Part shown: positions 24,602-32,735 of the stretch, in pieces
How the letters are laid out: the number at the start of each line of letters is the position of its first letter
How positions within the stretch are numbered: position 1 is the first letter of the stretch
Assembly (NCBI GenBank): GCA_964484865.1
Contig: CAZAFG010000001.1
Coordinates: 24,804 to 63,129, forward strand
Reading direction: 5' to 3'
Origin: an uncultured Candidatus Saccharibacteria bacterium
Lineage (GTDB): Bacteria > Patescibacteriota > Minisyncoccia > Phycocordibacterales > UBA9973
Length of the DNA stretch: 38,326 nucleotides
The notes under the pieces: model-generated
The model's database searches: none
The model's input: the letters and a program-made list of their open reading frames with translations, nothing else
Told to the model about the DNA's origin: nothing
Translations under genes and position numbers: made by a program

Positions 24602-27600
24602 TCTATCTCCTTCATTACTCTATCTGTTTCAGATAATACCTTAACTATTTTTTGATAATGTTCAATTTCATCACTCGTTAGCTGTCTACCCTTTCTATCT
24701 TTTAAATACTTTTGTGCAGGTTGGTAGCCTCCAATATAAAAATTCCAAACTATTTCAGATACACCTTCGAAACATTGTGTATCGTTTATGTAAACATTTC
24801 CTTTTTCATATTTAACTTTTTCTACAATATTACCCCCTGGTATAGAAAACTTTGTAATCAACTTTCCAGATTCTGGATCTGTCATTAAATGCAACCCTCT
24901 AAGTTTGTTTCCAAATTTAACAAGTCGCTCAAACTCTTTCTTATTATTTGGATATTGTACTCTAGGAAAATCCATTTTTAAAAATTCTTTGTAAGTTTCA
25001 CGATATTTTGGAGAATATAAAACTGCGTAAATATAATCTAAAATATTTTCTGGGGTTGTCTCACCAACTTTTTTATTTATTTGACCCCAAACATCTTTAT
25101 CTAAATTCGGAATTTTTTCTTTATGCTCTGTGTATAAAAAAAGAGGAGCAACTGCTGATTGAGTACTGGCTTCTCCGTACTTAGTTTCAATTATTGAATT
25201 ACATATAAAAACTGCGTTAAAGTTAGGACTTCTTTGTGATCTAGCAAAAACCAAACCGATATTATCTTTGTTTACGAAATTTTGCATTATTTCTGTACGA
25301 GGTCTCCACACTAAGTTATTATCAAAGTAAGTATATTTTATATCAAAGGGACGGTATGCCAAAGAAACTATTTTTGAATGATCATTTTCGATTTTCTTTT
25401 TATTATCTATAATCCACTTAGGGTAATTTTTGCCTAAATCATATTTAGACTTCAGTTCACTTTCAGTGATATTATTTTGTAAAAATTCGTCAACTCTCTT
25501 TGTTAATATATCTTTATTTTCGTCAATAATAAAATTATCTCCCATGGTCACAATTCCTGTAGAGTTTTTAGAAAATAATTCGACCACAGAAAACCCCTTT
25601 TTATATTCATTTTTTCCCTCCCCTCCCAAAACCCAAATATCAGCATCTTCAGGAAGTTTTACCCAGTCAATAAAATCTATGTCGTGCTTGTCCAAACTTT
25701 TCAACTTATCTTTTCTAGTTCCGTAAAAATCAGCTTTATAAATATATGCTAGTTTTTTATCTTCAGTATTAAATTTTTTAATACCTAGTATAATGGAGAC
25801 TCCTGTTTTAATGTCAAAAACATTTTCATCTTTTGACCCATTAGGGCTAATTTCTTTTTTATTACTATTTCCATGTAAATCTAAAATATAAATTTTATCG
25901 AAAGTATTTCTTAAATGCCAGCGCATACCTCGAAATGTTGGATTATCAATATAACCATGAGCAGTAATCATTCCAATAACGCCCTCCCCATTTTTTTCTA
26001 TTAAACTTTCAGCAAAACGGATAAATTTTACATAGTCGTCGTCAAGCCAATTCTTCTTTTCTTTTAATTTTTCAATACCACCAATTTCCACCTTATATAC
26101 ATTATTATCAGTATAAATTTTGTTTTGAGATATTCCACTGTATGGTGGATTTCCTATAACGCACATTATAGGGTATTCAGATTTAATTCTTGAAGCATTT
26201 TTACTTTCTTCGGCAATAGTATCCATTAATCCAAACAAAGTGCCTTGATTGCTGTAGTCCACTGCCTCTTCTAAGGTATTGGTAAGATACACTCCTAATC
26301 TGGTTTTTAGTTCTCCTGCTTTCGTATCTTGTAGCGTCATCCCTAATTTCAAATGAGCAATAGTATATGAAGCCATCATGAGTTCAAAACCATGGAGGCG
26401 TGGCAAAAGATTATTTTCCACATATGAAGGCCAGCTACCTTCCTGTCCAATAAAATCTTTATTTATGTGCTTAATGACTTCGTTTAGGAATGTACCAGTA
26501 CCTGTAGCGATATCGAGTATCTGAACTTTATGATATTCCTTTTTTACTTTAACTTTTTTACCTTTTTTATCTACTTCCAACTTTTCAACTTCTATTTTGG
26601 TATTATCAGATAGACCTTTTAATAAATTAAATTCCTTCTTAAGAATTATATCTACCGCGCGAACTATAAAATTTACTACAGGACGGGGTGTATAGAAAAC
26701 TCCCATTTCCATTTTCTTTTTTGCATCATATTCACGCAAGAAATCTTCATAAAAATGTATAACTGGATCAGGGCTTTCGTATATTGCTCCAAATAAATCT
26801 TCTTTCTTGAAATACTCATGCATAAGGTCATGAACATGAGCGTGAGTAAAAACTTCACAAAGTTCGTCTACAATAAATCTTAATCTATCTGGGAAAGATG
26901 AACCTGCAATGTGGTCAAAAAAGGACCGTAAAAATGGATTCGTCTTTGGTATAAGTTCTCTAGCCTCGACACGAGAAAAGTCTTTAGGTGTGTTGTCACT
27001 ATATCGAGCTGAAAAAAGACCATAGACTAGGGTTTGTGCGTACATATCTGAAAAAGAATTGTCGTCCAAACTTGAGATAAGATTTTCCTTTACTACATCT
27101 CGTATCTTAAACAACTCTGCGTATCTATCTGATTCAGATACAAGCATGTCTAATACGTTCTCACGAATACGCCTAGCCCTACCTCCCATTATTTGTGCAA
27201 GATGTTTTCCACTCTTGATTGACTCTTTGTGTGAAGCCACAAAATCTAAAATGGTTTTAGTTAGATATTCAGAATTTTCTTCTTTGGTTTTTATGTATCT
27301 TTGATTTTTATCTATATCCCCAAGAGATATTTCTTCATTGTATCTTTGCCCGTTTCGAAAAAATCTGAAATTTATATAATCACTAATTATTAAATTGTCG
27401 TAACCGAAGTATCTATCAGCTTGTTCTGACTTTTCGATCCTATTTAAATCCTCACCAACTTTTTTAACTTCTATATAAAGTAACGGAACTTTATTTTTTA
27501 AAACAATAAAATCTGGTTTATTTCCATTTATGGCCTTCTGGTCTTGTTGAGTAAAGTAACCTTTTTCCGGAGGAAAAATTTCTTTCAAGTAGTTCTCAAA

Positions 27601-27675
27601 AGAAGTCCTGTACGAGTGCTCAGAGCTATTCTCATCAATATAATACCTTTGGATTTCTTCAAGATAGTTTTTCAT
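24592..27675 (-). CDS. Single-polypeptide type IIG/IIL-like restriction-modification enzyme (PD-ExK nuclease + gamma-class N6-adenine methyltransferase + type ISP/YeeA-like target-recognition domain)
   Basis: The N-terminus KPDFIVLKNKVPLLYIEVKK gives PD-x13-EVK, HSDR_N-like. Methyltransferase motif I is ILDIATGTGTFL and motif IV is VIGNPPYSG. The C-terminal YRPFDIKYTYFDNNLVWRPR is typical of type ISP/YeeA C-terminal domains. There is no helicase domain. Confidence 0.85.
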   Translation of the reverse strand: MKNYLEEIQRYYIDENSSEHSYRTSFENYLKEIFPPEKGYFTQQDQKAINGNKPDFIVLKNKVPLLYIEVKKVGEDLNRIEKSEQADRYFGYDNLIISDYINFRFFRNGQRYNEEISLGDIDKNQRYIKTKEENSEYLTKTILDFVASHKESIKSGKHLAQIMGGRARRIRENVLDMLVSESDRYAELFKIRDVVKENLISSLDDNSFSDMYAQTLVYGLFSARYSDNTPKDFSRVEARELIPKTNPFLRSFFDHIAGSSFPDRLRFIVDELCEVFTHAHVHDLMHEYFKKEDLFGAIYESPDPVIHFYEDFLREYDAKKKMEMGVFYTPRPVVNFIVRAVDIILKKEFNLLKGLSDNTKIEVEKLEVDKKGKKVKVKKEYHKVQILDIATGTGTFLNEVIKHINKDFIGQEGSWPSYVENNLLPRLHGFELMMASYTIAHLKLGMTLQDTKAGELKTRLGVYLTNTLEEAVDYSNQGTLFGLMDTIAEESKNASRIKSEYPIMCVIGNPPYSGISQNKIYTDNNVYKVEIGGIEKLKEKKNWLDDDYVKFIRFAESLIEKNGEGVIGMITAHGYIDNPTFRGMRWHLRNTFDKIYILDLHGNSNKKEISPNGSKDENVFDIKTGVSIILGIKKFNTEDKKLAYIYKADFYGTRKDKLKSLDKHDIDFIDWVKLPEDADIWVLGGEGKNEYKKGFSVVELFSKNSTGIVTMGDNFIIDENKDILTKRVDEFLQNNITESELKSKYDLGKNYPKWIIDNKKKIENDHSKIVSLAYRPFDIKYTYFDNNLVWRPRTEIMQNFVNKDNIGLVFARSQRSPNFNAVFICNSIIETKYGEASTQSAVAPLFLYTEHKEKIPNLDKDVWGQINKKVGETTPENILDYIYAVLYSPKYRETYKEFLKMDFPRVQYPNNKKEFERLVKFGNKLRGLHLMTDPESGKLITKFSIPGGNIVEKVKYEKGNVYINDTQCFEGVSEIVWNFYIGGYQPAQKYLKDRKGRQLTSDEIEHYQKIVKVLSETDRVMKEIDEN

Positions 27676-27687
27676 TTATTTCATTTA

Positions 27688-27993
27688 CTAAAACTCACAA
27701 ACTGGAACACATTGTTGTGTACATGCCATGGAACCTTTATCGTGCCTGCAGGCAGATTCGCATGACTTATGCTCTCCTCCCAGATCAGCACATTGTTCCT
27801 CGCTCATATGAAATGCATACTCGCATTCGTTATACTTTGGCAAAAAGTTACCACCTGCTTCCTCGCAGGCAATCTTTATTTCAGTATCATTTCGTAGGTA
27901 TGACTTCACAACCAAGCCAATGTCTTGATAAATAAATAAGTATCCTAGAACTAAGACGACCAGAATAATGGCCACATATTTTATAACTTTCAT
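27688..27993 (-). CDS. Membrane-anchored Cys-rich small protein (8-Cys ...CEF domain)
   Basis: N-terminal TM VAIILVVLVLGYLFIY, then CEEAGGNFLPKYNECEYAFHMSEEQCADLGGEHKSCESACRHDKGSMACTQQCVPVCEF. This domain is homologous to the C-terminus of the anti-sigma-like protein 35140..36354. Confidence 0.75.
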   Translation of the reverse strand: MKVIKYVAIILVVLVLGYLFIYQDIGLVVKSYLRNDTEIKIACEEAGGNFLPKYNECEYAFHMSEEQCADLGGEHKSCESACRHDKGSMACTQQCVPVCEF

Positions 27994-27999
27994 AAGTTT

Positions 28000-28008
28000 A
28001 TTCTAGCA
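28000..28008 (-). promoter_or_regulatory. Extended -10 box, apparent leaderless promoter
   Basis: Minus strand reads TGC-TAGAAT-N6-ATG(27993). This is the same 9-mer as at priA. Confidence 0.6.
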
Positions 28009-28033
28009 CTTTTGAGATGTTTTTTGAAATACC

Positions 28034-28315
28034 CTACTCTTTACTCTTTGTTGGACCCCATTGCCATTTCGGCTTCTCGCCTTTTTTGTAACAAATTCTG
28101 ATCATAGTGAATGTGAGCAAAATTCCTGGGATAATTAGGGTAAAGAAAACTTCCTTGTTTGAAGAGTTTTCATCTATCGTCAAAGAAAATAAAATCATGA
28201 GAAGTACATAGGCGCCGACGACTACCCACCCCTGCCAACGCACCGGAGTCCAACCCCATCCATAGAGTTTGCGCTTGAACCACAAATTTTCTGGATTATC
28301 TTTTATCAAATTCAT
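28034..28315 (-). CDS. Small 2-TM membrane protein
   Basis: 93-aa ORF containing WFKRKLYGWGWTPVRWQGWVVVGAYVLLMILF. I cannot name a family with confidence. Confidence 0.65.
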   Translation of the reverse strand: MNLIKDNPENLWFKRKLYGWGWTPVRWQGWVVVGAYVLLMILFSLTIDENSSNKEVFFTLIIPGILLTFTMIRICYKKGEKPKWQWGPTKSKE

Positions 28316-28321
28316 ATTATA

Positions 28322-28327
28322 ATTTTA
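28322..28327 (-). promoter_or_regulatory. -10 box, apparent leaderless promoter
   Basis: Minus strand reads TAAAAT-N6-ATG(28315). Confidence 0.45.
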
Positions 28328-28362
28328 CCTTTTTCAAAATGAATTTCAAAATTTAAACAAAA

Positions 28363-28408
28363 TAAAAAAACCTCTTGAGTATCGTAGTACAGCCACGAAC
28401 GCAAGAGG
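28363..28408 (-). terminator. Rho-independent terminator
   Basis: On the minus strand, CCTCTTG-24 nt loop-CAAGAGG is followed by TTTTTTTATTTT. Confidence 0.55.
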
Positions 28409-28418
28409 TCAATCCTCT

Positions 28419-28907
28419 CTACATATCTTGTTTATCCGGACGCCATCGCCAGGGTAATGTCTTCAACATAAATGTATGTAATAAAAATGGAATTAACACT
28501 CCTATAACAAAACCAACTTCAACACTCCATCCTCTTTTAGTAAAAACATTCAAACCAAAGATAAAAGCTGTGTAGACAATTATATATATTGGAAAACTCA
28601 ATAATTTTACAGTATTGTTTTTTAATAAACTAGGACGAAGATTTTTTATTTTATTATAGTGAAACATATTCAATATGGACATATCAGTATAGTGAGAAGC
28701 AAAAAATGCTGCTCCAAAACCCATCAACATATCTAATTTGTTTTCATTCAAATAATACAAAATAATCCATGTTAAAAAAAATGAACATGCCATTCCAAAA
28801 GCATGCACTGCAGGCCCTAAGGCATAGCGAAAAGAGCTTAATATCTTCATAGTATTAGGTTTTTCTATTGAAAGATTTATTTCACAAAGGATTATATCCA
28901 AATTCAA
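28419..28907 (-). CDS. Multi-TM membrane protein of unknown function
   Basis: TTG start at 28907 preceded by TAAAAT-N6. An alternative ATG at 28850 (MKILSSFRYALGP) begins the hydrophobic part. Confidence 0.6.
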   Translation of the reverse strand: MNLDIILCEINLSIEKPNTMKILSSFRYALGPAVHAFGMACSFFLTWIILYYLNENKLDMLMGFGAAFFASHYTDMSILNMFHYNKIKNLRPSLLKNNTVKLLSFPIYIIVYTAFIFGLNVFTKRGWSVEVGFVIGVLIPFLLHTFMLKTLPWRWRPDKQDM

Positions 28908-28942
28908 AATACCATTTTAAAACTAAAAGTCAAAATGTTCTA

Positions 28943-29170
28943 TTATTCCTCTATCACCAACAACTTTTTGGGGTGAGTATGTCCGTTCACAATACGGACT
29001 TTGGAGATAGGAATTTTAAAGTGGAGGGATATTAGCTCGAGGATGCGGGTGTTGGCGAGGTTTCGTTCGGCTTTTTCTTTGACTGAAATTATAAAATGAT
29101 CCGGCTTTTTCTCAGTCAGTTTTTCCTTGCGGGCTCCAGCAGTAACTGTGACATGGATGTATCGAAGCAT
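28943..29170 (-). CDS. DUF167 (YggU-like) protein
   Basis: 75 aa; VTAGARKEKL...FIISVKEKAERNLANTRILELISLHFKIPISKVRIVNGHTHPKKLLVI fits the DUF167 pattern. Confidence 0.75.
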   Translation of the reverse strand: MLRYIHVTVTAGARKEKLTEKKPDHFIISVKEKAERNLANTRILELISLHFKIPISKVRIVNGHTHPKKLLVIEE

Positions 29171-29185
29171 AGCTATATCTATATC

Positions 29186-29635
29186 TTAAACCAAATTATA
29201 TACAACTAGGAACAGATTGCCCCACCAAAGGACAAAGGAAATGATAAATGAAAATGTTATCTTCACTTGCCAAGATTTTGGCAAAAGTTCGCTCGACTTC
29301 CCTTCCCTTTCTCTTTGCAACAAAAACGGACTCACGGAAAAAGAAAGGAAAATTCCATTGATGATCATAAGACAAGCCGACATAAGATGAATCAGGGTGA
29401 CTTTTTCTAATCCATAATTTCGATAAAATACAAAACCACCGACTATAACCAAAAACATCCCGATCCAGATCAGTGGCTTGGTGACTTTATGTGTTCGAGT
29501 AGTGGCTTCGGTCCAGTACGCGGACTTGCGTCCCAAAAATCCATGCAGGTCTATCACTGTCACCGCACCTAGGCCTATCACAAACCCAGCTAACATCACA
29601 AACAGTCCAACTACATCCAAAAAGTGAGGAGTCAT
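29186..29635 (-). CDS. 4-TM membrane protein of unknown function
   Basis: Hydrophobic 149-aa ORF starting 1 nt after the TspO stop. Confidence 0.65.
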   Translation of the reverse strand: MTPHFLDVVGLFVMLAGFVIGLGAVTVIDLHGFLGRKSAYWTEATTRTHKVTKPLIWIGMFLVIVGGFVFYRNYGLEKVTLIHLMSACLMIINGIFLSFSVSPFLLQREREGKSSELLPKSWQVKITFSFIISFVLWWGNLFLVVYNLV

Positions 29636-29636
29636 G

Positions 29637-30032
29637 TTATCGATTCAAATAAGTTACGGTTAATTGCAGAACTGTTGCGAAAGATACCCAAAGTAAATAT
29701 GGGATTTGAATATAAGTAATCCATCTCGCAAATGGGAAGATGACTATCATAGCCCAAATCAAAGTACTCAAAACCAAGAGGATGTCGACACCGGCTAGTA
29801 AATTATTCTTTAAACCAAATTGGAAGTAGGTAAAAGAAAAATTAAAAATCAAATTTAAAACAAAAGGCAGAGCCACTACAAAAGGAATCTGCTTTTGATA
29901 AAGCATCATAAAAACTTTTCCAAAAGAGATGAATATTAAAGCATATAGAAAAGTCCAAACCGGGCCAAATAGCCAAGAAGGAGGAGCCCAAGACGGTTTG
30001 ATGAGTGTTGAATACCAGTTGTATGAGTTCAT
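29637..30032 (-). CDS. TspO/MBR family tryptophan-rich sensory protein
   Basis: Contains WYSTLIKPSWAPPSWLFGPVWTFLYALI and a W-rich 5-TM layout. Trimmed to ATG 30032 (MNSYNWY) so that it does not overlap enolase. Confidence 0.85.
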   Translation of the reverse strand: MNSYNWYSTLIKPSWAPPSWLFGPVWTFLYALIFISFGKVFMMLYQKQIPFVVALPFVLNLIFNFSFTYFQFGLKNNLLAGVDILLVLSTLIWAMIVIFPFARWITYIQIPYLLWVSFATVLQLTVTYLNR

Positions 30033-30036
30033 AAGT

Positions 30037-31290
30037 TTATACTTTTTTATTATTAATAATATTCTCAATTTCTATCAGACGATTATATTTACACAACCTC
30101 TCTTCTTTGGTGAGTGATCCTGCTTTGATGTATGGACAAGACAAACCGACTGCTAGGTCTGCTATGAAGGTATCATCTGTCTCTCCAGAGCGGTGCGATA
30201 CAAATGGATCCCAGTTTTGTTTTTTGGTTAAATTAATAGCCGATATTGTTTCTGACACCGTGCCGATTTGATTTAGTTTAATCAGTACAGCATTTATAGC
30301 CTTTTTTTCAATGGCCATATTTATCCTAGCCACATTGGTCACCGTCAAATCATCTCCAACGATTTTTATCTTCTCTCCTAGTTTTTGATTTATTTCACTC
30401 CATCCTTGCCAGTCTTCTTCAGCCAAAGGATCTTCGATAAAAATAATCGGGTATTTCGAAACTAAATCCTGACACCATAGAACCATCTCATTAGTATCTT
30501 TTTGAGTTCCAGAAGTTTTGAAAAAATAATTACCGTTTTCATAAAACGAAGACGCTGCGACATCGAGCCCAAGTTTTATCTGATCCTTATCAAAACCTGC
30601 ATTTTGTATAGCTTCCCCTAAAATATCTAGGGCTTGTTCATTGCTAGATAATTTAGGTGCAAAACCACCTTCGTCCCCTAAGGTCACTTCATACTTTTTA
30701 TCCAATAAAATTTGTCGCAGACTAGAAATCACCATACCGCTCGCTTCTATCTTTTTATAAAAAGAATCAAAGCCTATTGGCACGAGCATAAACTCTTGGA
30801 TGTCGAGACCACTGTCGGAGTGCTTGCCCCCATTTATAACATTGAGCAATGGCTCTGGCATTTTAAAATCTGTATTCCCAACCAAATCTCCTAAATATTC
30901 ATAAAGTTCTAGGCCCCTCTCACTCGCACAAGCTCGCGCAAAAGCCATAGACACGCCCAAGATAGCATTGGCCCCCAACCTGCGTTTATTTTCTGTACCG
31001 TCTAATTTTATCAAAAATTCATCTAAGGTATTTTGCTCAAAGTCTTTATCAGCTAAATTTTTATTTATTTCATTATTTACATTTCCGATAGCTTTATCTA
31101 CTCCCTTGCCCTCATATCTACTCATATCCAAGTCCCGCAACTCTAGTGCCTCCAAGCTCCCTGTACTTTTTCCAGATGGAACTTTAGCTTCACCGATTAC
31201 ACCACTTCCAAGTTCACAAGAAACTGAAAGTGTAGGCACACCACGAGAATCAAAAACTTCTTTAGCTGTGACTTTTTTTATTTTTGGCAT
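30037..31290 (-). CDS. eno: Enolase
   Basis: Contains SRGVPTLSVSCELGSGVIGEAKVPSGKSTGSLEALELRD, plus IKLNQIGTVSET and SHRSGETDD. Confidence 0.97.
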   Translation of the reverse strand: MPKIKKVTAKEVFDSRGVPTLSVSCELGSGVIGEAKVPSGKSTGSLEALELRDLDMSRYEGKGVDKAIGNVNNEINKNLADKDFEQNTLDEFLIKLDGTENKRRLGANAILGVSMAFARACASERGLELYEYLGDLVGNTDFKMPEPLLNVINGGKHSDSGLDIQEFMLVPIGFDSFYKKIEASGMVISSLRQILLDKKYEVTLGDEGGFAPKLSSNEQALDILGEAIQNAGFDKDQIKLGLDVAASSFYENGNYFFKTSGTQKDTNEMVLWCQDLVSKYPIIFIEDPLAEEDWQGWSEINQKLGEKIKIVGDDLTVTNVARINMAIEKKAINAVLIKLNQIGTVSETISAINLTKKQNWDPFVSHRSGETDDTFIADLAVGLSCPYIKAGSLTKEERLCKYNRLIEIENIINNKKV

Positions 31291-31291
31291 T

Positions 31292-32734
31292 TTATAAAAG
31301 ATTTAATTTTACATCTGGAGACATGTGTTTACATGCTTCGGTTATGATTTTATCCATTATAGCGACAGCCTCTATCGGATACTGGCCTATAGTCGTCTCA
31401 TCTGAGAGCATCACAGCGTCCGCACCTTGCAGTATAGCAGTGTCCACATCTGTTACTTCAGCCCTGGTAGGCTCATTGTGCTCCACCATAGAGAAAAGCA
31501 TCTGAGTCGCCACAATCACCGGTTTATTGTAAATCTTGGCGACTTTAATGATATTTTCTTGAATAAAAGGAATTTGCTCTAGTGGAACTTCATTACCCAA
31601 GTCTCCCCGCGCTACCATCACCGCATCAGCGGCTTGTACTATAGACTCGAGATTATCTAATGCTACTTGTCGTTCTATTTTTGCAATTACTTTTTGCTTA
31701 CCACCCAAGTGTCCAATAATTTTTTTACACTCCAAGATGTCATCGACGCTACCTACAAAAGATACTGCAAAATAATCCACCCCGTGTTCGATACCAAATT
31801 TTATAAATTCTTTGTCATGCTCAGTGACAGCCAAAGTCAGATCGTGATCATAAGTATGCCCTGATTTAGCCTGAACTCTCGGACCTGGCAAATCGATAAT
31901 AAAAGGAATATGTTTACCAAACTCTTGTTCCATTTTACGCACGATAGATATCGTATCCATCCTAGTATTCAAATCTCCCCAAGAAAAATTTAAACGGACA
32001 ACATCCATACCATTATCAATCATGGCCTTCAGTACTGGATGTTTTATAGAAGCTGGACCGATAGAGGCTACGATCTGAGGTCTTTCATTTTTTGTATTTT
32101 TGTCTTTTGCCCTATTTGTTTCTCTGACTTCTTTCCCTACCATATGACCTTTTTCATCTAGGTCATATAGAATTACAACACCAAAAGGCATTTCAGTATA
32201 TATGATATCTTCATCTGAAATATTTTCTATGTATTTGATCAAGGCCCGCAAAGAATTCCCATGCGCTACAACCAAAACATTTTGCCCGTCATTTATTTTT
32301 ACCAAAACCTTATCTAAAAAATACGGCACTACTCTTTCATATACCATCTTTAGGGTTTCACCATTTGGTACAGGATAATCCCAACCACGGCGCAATTTAT
32401 CGTACTCTTCTTTACCCAAAATCTGCTCCATCTCCCATTTATTTTTTGCAGTATAGTCTCCATAATCTCTTTCATTTAACGCGGCTGAATGCTCTGTAGG
32501 AACTTCATATTTTTTACAAACATTCAACATACAAGAAAGTGTTTCAATCGAGCGAACTTGCATTGAGGCAAAAGCATAGTCAATTTTTAAATCTTCTATC
32601 AAGATACCTACTTCTTCGGACTCTTTAAAACCAAGTTCGGTCAGCCGTCTATCACGCAGGCCAGTCCAAAGTCCTTTTTTATTCCATTCACTTTCTTGAT
32701 GCCTAGAAATTATAAGTTTTCCTCTTTTTTGCAT
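31292..32734 (-). CDS. Fusion protein: dPGM-type phosphoglycerate mutase (N-terminal) + pyruvate kinase catalytic barrel lacking B and C domains (C-terminal)
   Basis: N-terminal half: RHQESEWN, LNERDYG and HGNSLRAL, the histidine-phosphatase/GpmA motifs. C-terminal half: IVASIGPAS, VVRLNFSWG, DLPGPRV, IAKIE, VMVARGDLGNEVP, VATQML and AVMLSDETTIGQYP, the PK A-domain motifs. Confidence 0.8.
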   Translation of the reverse strand: MQKRGKLIISRHQESEWNKKGLWTGLRDRRLTELGFKESEEVGILIEDLKIDYAFASMQVRSIETLSCMLNVCKKYEVPTEHSAALNERDYGDYTAKNKWEMEQILGKEEYDKLRRGWDYPVPNGETLKMVYERVVPYFLDKVLVKINDGQNVLVVAHGNSLRALIKYIENISDEDIIYTEMPFGVVILYDLDEKGHMVGKEVRETNRAKDKNTKNERPQIVASIGPASIKHPVLKAMIDNGMDVVRLNFSWGDLNTRMDTISIVRKMEQEFGKHIPFIIDLPGPRVQAKSGHTYDHDLTLAVTEHDKEFIKFGIEHGVDYFAVSFVGSVDDILECKKIIGHLGGKQKVIAKIERQVALDNLESIVQAADAVMVARGDLGNEVPLEQIPFIQENIIKVAKIYNKPVIVATQMLFSMVEHNEPTRAEVTDVDTAILQGADAVMLSDETTIGQYPIEAVAIMDKIITEACKHMSPDVKLNLL

Positions 32735-32735
32735 A

